Positions 55,576 through 64,000 of a stretch of DNA of 64,000 nucleotides are shown here, in pieces. A model generated the notes under the pieces. That model worked only from the letters and a program-made list of their open reading frames with translations. It searched no databases and was not told the origin of the DNA. Origin of the DNA: Flaccisagitta enflata (taxonomy: Eukaryota). Every line of letters begins with the position of its first letter. The stretch's first letter is position 1. The translations under genes were made by a program, and so were the position numbers. The stretch is taken from contig OZ231126.1 in the NCBI GenBank assembly GCA_965153355.1, positions 36,270,001 through 36,334,000 of the forward strand, given 5' to 3'.

Positions 55576-55632
55576 ATTCAGTTTCTTTCCTTCTCTTTCT
55601 TCTTTCCCTTTTTCTTTCTTTCTTTCTTTCTC

Positions 55633-55676
<44 letters not shown>

Positions 55677-55974
55677 TTTTCTCTCTTCCTTTCTTTCTTT
55701 CTTTTTCTTTCTTTCTTTCTCTCTTTCTTTCATTGGATACTTTTTTGGTGTCCTAGCAGATACCCCAGTCTGTGACTGGCTTTGAGTCTGACGTAGGAAC
55801 CATTTAATGAATGCGATGAGCAGAGATATACAATTTGTTTTACATCAGCATAGTAAGTCATCACAGTTGTCGGGCTTGGGACCGACTCAGCTCCCTCAAA
55901 CTCCTGTGTTACCTTCATGCCCGTCCCGGATTCTCTTTCTTTCTTTCTTTCTTTCTCTTTTTCCTGCTTGCTTC

Positions 55975-56017
<43 letters not shown>

Positions 56018-56106
56018 TCTTTCTTTCTTTCTTTCTTACTTTCTTTCTCTCTTCCTTTCTTTCTTTCTTTTTCTCTCTTTCTTTCTTTTTCTCTCTTTCT
56101 TTCTTA

Positions 56107-56159
<53 letters not shown>

Positions 56160-56252
56160 TTTCTTTCTTTCTTTCTTTTTCTTTCTTTCTTTCTCTCTTT
56201 CTTTCTTTCTTTCTCTGCTCGCTCGCTTGCTTACTTTCTCGCGTTCTTTCCT

Positions 56253-56407
56253 ATTTTTAGTTGCGGACACGCAACTCTATAAGAGGCTTTGTCCGTCCGT
56301 CCGTCCGTCCGTCCGTCCGTAACCATCGAGTCGAAAAGTGGGAAAACGCATATATCCGCCCCTGCCCACCTGTCCGCAACTGATGGCCGTGTATCCGGCC
56401 TTGTTTT
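56253..56407 (+). mobile_element. DINE-1/HINE-like element (AGTTGCGGAC subtype)
   Basis: tttttagttgcggacacgcaact, (GTCC)n, tgtccgcaactgatggccgtgtatccggccttgtttt. Confidence 0.82.
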
Positions 56408-56732
56408 AATTTTTATTCTCTCTTTCTTTCTCCCCTGATTTCTTCCTCTACTTCAAAATGTTATTAGATTTGTCTATGCATCCACTAGCCACTGGCTGAT
56501 CTGCCGTCCATCCATTCATCTGTCTGTTCTTCCATCCGTCCATCCCATCCATCCCGTTCATCATGTTTGAGTACGAAATGTCTGTGTAAAGATTTTTTTA
56601 TTTCACGGTGTGACGAGGTTATGAGTATGCCGTAAGGACGTCAGGACGTAAGTGCGTATGTCGTGTCCTCGTGGACGCCTCACTTTGTGATTTCATTTAC
56701 TGTTTCTCTCTTCATCATCCTCCTCCTCCTCC

Positions 56733-56814
<82 letters not shown>

Positions 56815-57326
56815 CCATGTTACATCGTTTCCTCCAAGGATGGCATCTGGTTTCTAAGCAATTGATGGTCATTTGTTGTTTGTTACTTGAATTCGGCAGT
56901 TGCCGGTAGTCGGCGCTTGACCACGATTCAAGGGCGGTGAGGACGGTGAGGAGCGCGGGAAAGAATAAAGCAAGTGTCTCATCTACTAGTAGTGCTACTG
57001 ATTTTGTTTGCCATGCTCTCCCCTTTATTTTCAGAAAAAAGTGTCTCTGACTCTGTGCGGATACTGCAATGAATTCTGCACAAACAGGCCACGGAAAAGT
57101 TCCGCTCCTTCAAAAGTTAGGTTTATCTAAACATGTACATGATAAGTACGAGTTTGTTAAGTGAGGTTTTTGAAAAATAAAGCAAACCAACCAATTAACT
57201 TCGAGTATTTCTTGAAGCCATGATCGCGTATTCACGACTTGTTTAGACGGACGCGATTAGAAAACGCATCGTTGATCATTACCGGAAAGGAGAGGGATGG
57301 GCGCAGACTGTCCAAGTCACCACACA

Positions 57327-57424
<98 letters not shown>

Positions 57425-57652
57425 TAAACTTTAACGAGTCTCATTTCTGACGTCCTCCTTTTTTTCACAGGTTTGCCCATCATATAAAAGAGAAAGACGC
57501 CGAACTTCTCGAGGTTGTCTTACTTCCGGCGCCGAGAAACGACGAGCACGCTAAATAGATGCCACTTTAAACAATGATAAGTTTATCTACTTTTTTAATA
57601 TGATTATCAAAAACCAAAAACATTAAAATAGACCGAAAAATACACCCGGACA

Positions 57653-58258
57653 ATGAGCACTAAAGTGAGCAAACCGCCGGTTTCGATCAGTCTCTCTGTG
57701 CCGGCAGCCACCGCTCCTCGACCACTGGCCGCCTCCATCCTGAGCACCTCCACCACCACCACCACCGGTTCTTCAGCGACGGCCGCATCTTCATCCACCA
57801 ACTCCCCCTCTTCTGCTTCCTCTTCCACCTCCATCTCCTCTTCCAACAAACTCTCTAACGAAAAATTGGGAATCTACAAACATCCATTATTTCCGCTTTT
57901 GGCGATTCTCTTCGAAAAGTGCGAGAAATGTACGATGCAGCCGGATTGTCCGGACGCCAAAACGGCTGACAAAGAAATCATCAACTTTATCAAAACCATC
58001 AACCGGAAATCGTCCACATCCTCCTCCTCCTCCTCCTCCTCCACCGCCTCGAAGCGCTATTTTACCGCCGACGAAGAACTGGATGACTTCATGACGAAAG
58101 CCGTTCAAGTTTTGAGAATTCATTTGATGGAATTGGAAAAAGTCAACGAACTTTGTCAAGACTTTTGCTCCAGATATATTCATTGTTTGAAAGGCAAGAT
58201 GCAAAGTGAAAATCTTCTCCGAGGGCCCGAAGAAAATCTTCCTTTAGGATTGTCACAG
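57653..58258 (+). CDS. PKNOX: PKNOX/Prep TALE homeobox protein, first coding exon (MEINOX HR1/HR2 domain)
   Basis: IYKHPLFPLLAILFEKCE ... KAVQVLRIHLMELEKVNELCQDFCSRYIHCLKGKMQSENLL; phase-0 donor cag|GTTAGA at 58259. A likely 5'UTR acceptor ttttttcacAG ends at 57470. Confidence 0.9.
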
Positions 58259-58264
58259 GTTAGA

Positions 58265-58772
<508 letters not shown>

Positions 58773-58828
58773 TCATTTTTGCTGCATTCAAAAACACTCA
58801 AATGCAACCGCCCAATTTCTATCCAAAG

Positions 58829-60532
58829 GTGTTGATGCAGTCTTCGACAAGCGATTCAAACTCTTCGCTCGTTTCTACGCCTCCGCCTTATTTCGCCTCT
58901 GACTCTGGAGAACAGCAGACGCCGAAAAATGATGCGACAGCATCTTCAGTCGAGATTGACAGAGACGACCGACCTAATCCCATCGTTCAAATCATATCCA
59001 CGCCATCGCCGGCTGCAGCGGCTGCGGCTGCCGCCGTGGCTGCGACAGGCGCCGGCGCGCCGATTTTGATCAAACACGCGTCCGTGGCGCCGATCGACGG
59101 CCACGTCAGTCCACTTTCTCCCAATCCCGTCAATGTCGCCGGCGCCTCCGCCGCCGCTGGTGGAGGCGTCTCTCTCGCAGTCGCCGCAGGTGGGCAGTTC
59201 GTTTCCGGCTCCACGGTCTTTCATATGGTTCCAACCCCTCGCGGTCTCGTGGCGCAGCCTTTGACGCTGCGCCATCCTACGACAGCCGCTACGCCGACCG
59301 TGGCGTTGCCAACGAAGAAGCCGCAGCAGCAGCAGCCGCCGCCGTCGACGTCTCCAAACGAAAATATCATTTCCGGTTCAACGCCTTTGTCGAAAATTGG
59401 CGCCCCGTTGCTGGGAAATCTCCACAGCGCATCCTCTTCTGTAACATCGGCGGCGTCTCTCTTGAATTCCTCCTCCTCATCTTCTTCCTCGTCAACTTCG
59501 CAGTCGAAATTTCACGACTTGATCGCGGCCGCTTACGGATTCTCCGACAAAGACGACGACGATTCCAACGACAACAAAAATGGTGGCAACAACAATAACA
59601 ATAACAACAATAGTAAACGCGGCGTTTTACCGAAAAAAGCCACCAACGTGATGCGATCGTGGTTGTTTCAACACATAGTTCATCCATACCCGACGGAAGA
59701 CGAGAAGAAACAAATCGCCGGACAGACCAACTTGACTTTGCTGCAAGTCAACAATTGGTTCATCAACGCCCGCAGACGCATTTTACAACCAATGTTAGAC
59801 GCTTCCAATCCCGCGGAAGCCAAGCAGAAAAAGTCTAAACCGCAAAATAACTCGAAACCGAGCGCGCAGAGGTTTTGGATCCCGGAAGTTGGTGGGCGCG
59901 GCGGTCTTAGTGGTGATGGAACTGGTGGAAGAGGCGGTGGTGGTGGTGGTAGGGTCGTAGGCGGAGGAGATGAAGATGCAGGAGGAGGAGGAAATGAGGA
60001 AAATAGCGTGGACAAAACTGCTGGAGCTCGTCGGACTGATCCGACTGATGGTGATCTTCATCACGCTACAAATAACGATGGCGAAAGAATGGATCATCAT
60101 CATCATCCTAAAGACGGCCTCGACGTCGAAAATTACGACGATGAAGTCGATGATGACGATGATGTTGACGGAGAATGCGTTATGGACTTGACTGTTTGTC
60201 CAAAAGAACGGGTGCAGAAAGATGATGTTAATGACGATGATGAGGTAGAGGAAAGGGAAAGTAGGGAACTGATGGATCAGGATAGAAATGATCACGCGCG
60301 GGAGAGTGAGGAAAAAGAAAGAGAAAACAATTTCTATGGAGAAAAGGAAAGAAGTGAAGGTGGAGGAGGAGGAGGAGGTGGAGAAGAGAGAGGCGAAAGA
60401 GGCGAAAGAGGAACTGGAGATGAGCGTCTCTTGTCGATAACGTCATCGTCACCAACTTCGCCGGCAACGAGTGAAGACTCTAATACGCCGAAGGATCTCA
60501 GCGTCAGAGACGACAGAATCTCTCATCGATGA
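58829..60532 (+). CDS. PKNOX: PKNOX/Prep TALE homeobox protein, second coding exon (homeodomain and acidic tail)
   Basis: [62 protein letters not shown] (PYP loop, Prep-type residues) at ~59615-59800. Acceptor is aAG|gtg at 58828; an in-frame alternative cAG ends at 58840. About 769 aa spliced. Confidence 0.92.
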   Translation: MLMQSSTSDSNSSLVSTPPPYFASDSGEQQTPKNDATASSVEIDRDDRPNPIVQIISTPSPAAAAAAAAVAATGAGAPILIKHASVAPIDGHVSPLSPNPVNVAGASAAAGGGVSLAVAAGGQFVSGSTVFHMVPTPRGLVAQPLTLRHPTTAATPTVALPTKKPQQQQPPPSTSPNENIISGSTPLSKIGAPLLGNLHSASSSVTSAASLLNSSSSSSSSSTSQSKFHDLIAAAYGFSDKDDDDSNDNKNGGNNNNNNNNSKRGVLPKKATNVMRSWLFQHIVHPYPTEDEKKQIAGQTNLTLLQVNNWFINARRRILQPMLDASNPAEAKQKKSKPQNNSKPSAQRFWIPEVGGRGGLSGDGTGGRGGGGGGRVVGGGDEDAGGGGNEENSVDKTAGARRTDPTDGDLHHATNNDGERMDHHHHPKDGLDVENYDDEVDDDDDVDGECVMDLTVCPKERVQKDDVNDDDEVEERESRELMDQDRNDHARESEEKERENNFYGEKERSEGGGGGGGGEERGERGERGTGDERLLSITSSSPTSPATSEDSNTPKDLSVRDDRISHR

Positions 60533-62214
60533 GAACTGAGAAGTTTAAAAGATTGATTGATTGATTGATTGATTGATTAATTAATTGCTTGATTGATTTG
60601 TTCATTAATTGATTGATCGATTTATTTATTGAGCAAATTATTGATTGTTTAATCGATTGATTTTCTATCGATAAAAAAAAGGATGAAGTGCTTGTTTATC
60701 TTATCTTTTTTAAACTTTCACTTGCCCATGGACTGAGTGATTTTAATTGACATCACTAAAAGGGGACTTATTTATGAATTGTATTTGTTAATTGTAGACA
60801 AAATTAGTCACTGTGTTGGAAATTTGTGGACACATTTGGTGTAAGATTCTATCGGAGCATGAAAAGGGCAATTCTTTACTTGATGCAATTGTGTTGTTCA
60901 CGTGAAAGAATTGAGTATTCACTCACTCGTATCCACTCACTCAATCGACTGATTTTTTTTTCTTCCTTTGTTAATATTCTCTATTTTTTCTGTTACTGTT
61001 ATGACACAAATTTTGCACTCGTATGTACAACGTCCACACTAGTCTGTGAAATACAGCACCGATGCACATTTCTATAAATACTTAAAGTTATGTCATTGCA
61101 TACACAGAGCATATTGGCCGAATAAGTGAGCTTTCGTACGGGTTGAAACATGTGCATATAATGTCACTGATTGATGACTATTCAATATTTGTCGAAACGT
61201 CTTGTGTCTTTGACATTATATGCACATACTTCAAGTTATTTTTTATGCCTACTGTCGTGATTAATTCATTAATGTATACATGACAAATTCGTTTGGCAAC
61301 AAAAAGCTGCCGACAGAGAGTGGGCAAATGTAAATGTCTAAATTTTTCGCCGACCGTATTGCGTTATTGTTTATTCAAATTCAAATTCATTTAGCTAGTA
61401 AAGGAAGGCAACACTGCCTGTTGACCTAGCATCAATGTAAGTCAAACATTCACCCGTTCAAAACACATCCATCAAATCACAAAGGTGATGATGATTTTCG
61501 ACCAATACAAATTGACTGGATTTGTACTGATAATTGGAGGAATCGACAAGGTCGTACTGATTCTTTATTCATTCAAAGAAAAAAATGACATTATACTCAT
61601 AGAAGGCTATCTAGACAGTTGATACTCATCTTCTACTTCTAGTTTCGGTGCAGGAAGTAAACGGAATTGAGAAAGCTTCTCTTGCCCGCCAATGAGAATG
61701 AAAAGAATCAGTCTCGTCATTAACCGAGGTTATCAAAGTGAGTAAATATTAGAGTGTAGAAAAAAAAAGGTCAGTCGGTACTCGATAATGACGTCAAAGA
61801 TCGTGTATTGGATCGTGTAAAAACCAGTTTCTGTCATGAATAAGTTTGTTTGTTATGAGATTCCAAGTATTCGTCAGGAAATTGAAAGGAATTAATGATT
61901 CATATTTTTTCCCCTTTGTACGTTATTTACCTGTTTAAGTGATTAGCAAAACCTAATTTAATTCCTACAAATCGAAGGATGATTGTGCATTTTACTAACA
62001 AAATCAATTACCGGCTTTATCAATCCGAAGTATCTAATTATCCCGTAGCTATGCAGGATTTTCAGATAGATATATCCTCTGTCTTTGCATAAAAGTAATA
62101 TAGATTTAACACGGTAACGTTTGTCATCTAGTTTGGAAGCATTGTTGTCGATTTGAGAAATGAATTTGTAAATGTGTCCAAAATGCAAAAAGACAAGCAA
62201 AAAGACTCTCTCTC

Positions 62215-62320
<106 letters not shown>

Positions 62321-62535
62321 GAAAACACCATTTAGTTTTGATTAAACTTCCATCACGATCACGCATTTTGGAATCCATTGTGGATGATTTTCTTGGAAGA
62401 TGCTTTAGAACGGTACAAAACCGGTTATCTTCCCTCTCCAGTCTCCGGAAACCCTCTGACTCAGGTAATATTCCTGGTTTTGCGTGTCGTTGGATAGCGT
62501 CAATCTGGTATTTAAAGGTTGTAGGTTTCTTTGGT

Positions 62536-62633
<98 letters not shown>

Positions 62634-62884
62634 AAGAGAAAAGATGTCCCCGTGTTGGACACTGGTTCGGAGAGAGCCGAAGAAGAGAGAAAGATCCGAT
62701 CTGATGACTTGCACAATATTGGGTACAAAAAACGGGGGCGATTGGAAAATATTCCACGCGACAACGACGATGAGGATAGAGAGAGAGAGAGAGAAATGTG
62801 TTTCTGGAATCAAAACGAACGTCAACCGAGTACAACGGAAGCGGTCTTCTCCAAAACCCGGTACTGCCCCCCTCAGAAACGATG

Positions 62885-62892
62885 TATAAATA
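62885..62892 (+). promoter_or_regulatory. Candidate TATA box of the TNF-ligand gene
   Basis: TATAAATA ~180 bp upstream of the ATG at 63069; motif match only. Confidence 0.3.
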
Positions 62893-63068
62893 CGGCAACA
62901 AATCGAGGAGAAAGCTCAAATCATATAGCAAACCAAAAGTGAAAATAAGAAGAAAAAAAAGCGGAAAATCTTACGAGCAAAAACAAAAATCAAAATTTCA
63001 AGAGCAAAATATTCAAAATTTCAAGAGCTAACAACTTCGCATCAAGTATCCGCTTCTGAAACCGAATC

Positions 63069-63321
63069 ATGGCATTTACAATCTCCTCGCCAAAACTTTC
63101 ACTCCAAGATAACGTCGAGAAGCAAAAGCCGACGACAGTTGACGACGTCGCGAAATCACACGTCGAGATGGAGAAGGCGTCGACGTCGTCATCGAACTCA
63201 AGCCTCCGTCCGTGGATGCGCGCCCTTTTGTACGCTTTCGGCGCCGCTGCCTTCATTTCACTTTGCGTCATTGTCGTCATTCTCAAAATTCAACAAGACG
63301 GATTGAAGAAAGAATTAGAAG
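63069..63321 (+). CDS. TNF superfamily ligand, exon 1 (cytoplasmic tail and type II transmembrane helix)
   Basis: ATG, hydrophobic ALLYAFGAAAFISLCVIVVIL, short helical stalk, canonical phase-1 donor G|GTAAGC at 63322. Confidence 0.8.
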
Positions 63322-63704
63322 GTAAGCCACGTGAGTGAATTCCAAAATCTGGAAATTCGAAAAATCAGAACACTCACAAAATTAAGGTTATAAAATTTAA
63401 AATTATTCATATTTTTCTCTTCCCACCACCTCCATCCAGTAGCTTTAAGTATGTTCACAATTTGGCTTCACCACGGGAACTTAGAGATGATAGGATGTAA
63501 CTGTAAGTGTAAGCTACATCAAAATGTGTTTCAAATTATTGAACTGAATCTCGACAATTCAATCTATGAACTTTATTCCATTTTTTTTTCTTTTTGAAAT
63601 GTGTTTTACAAAAGATATGACTCGAATCTACAATCTAATGCTGTATCTTAAAAAACAAACAACCTAATAACTATTCGATGTTCCTATCTTCTTCATGTTG
63701 ACAG

Positions 63705-64000
63705 AATCGCCACAACTTCTTGCTCTACCGAGCTTTCGAGGGAAAAGAGCTTCGCGCGGCGCCGACTCGGAAAATGTGTGCTCCTTCAAAGGTCCGATGC
63801 CCAGCCAGATGAAAAAGCCCACATTGCAGACAGAGATCGTGGACGCGGACGCAAGTTTGGGCGGGCGCAACCTTGTTACGATCAAAGACTGGGTACCTGA
63901 TTTTTGCCCCCCTTCCAAAAATTTCGAAGTGACGGACGCGGGCATAAAGGTATTGAAAGGAGGCGTCTACTTCCTCTACTCCAACTTCGCGTTCAGTGGC
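63705..64000 (+). CDS. TNF superfamily ligand, exon 2 (furin site and start of TNF homology domain), runs off the window
   Basis: Acceptor ttcatgttgacAG; phase-1 join reads ESPQLLALPSFRGKRASRG...IKDWVPDFCPPSKNFEVTDAGIKVLKGGVYFLYSNFAFSG, matching the TNF-domain pattern W...L.V...G.Y..YSQ..F. Confidence 0.82.

Overview
Repeat-dense genomic DNA from an invertebrate animal. The evidence is GT-AG introns, metazoan gene families and very many long microsatellites; the phylum cannot be fixed from the sequence. Three host genes are supported, all on the + strand: a two-exon ELOVL4-like fatty-acid elongase (37982-39773), a PKNOX/Prep TALE homeobox gene with two coding exons (57653-60532), and the first two exons of a TNF-superfamily ligand (63069 to window end) that is only visible after splicing. 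A 5'-truncated CR1/L2-group non-LTR retrotransposon with an open reading frame (19762-~21417) sits inside a (CAA)n tract. The rest is dominated by non-autonomous DNA elements: about 25 DINE-1/HINE-like (Helentron-associated) elements in two structural families, plus TIR MITEs with TA, 4, 5, 8 and 10 bp target duplications, often nested. The most striking item is a 241 bp Transib-type MITE (54119-54359) whose two ends read heptamer / 12 bp spacer / nonamer, closely matching a V(D)J 12-RSS. Most ORFs in the supplied track are microsatellite artefacts. All family assignments are by eye and need database confirmation.
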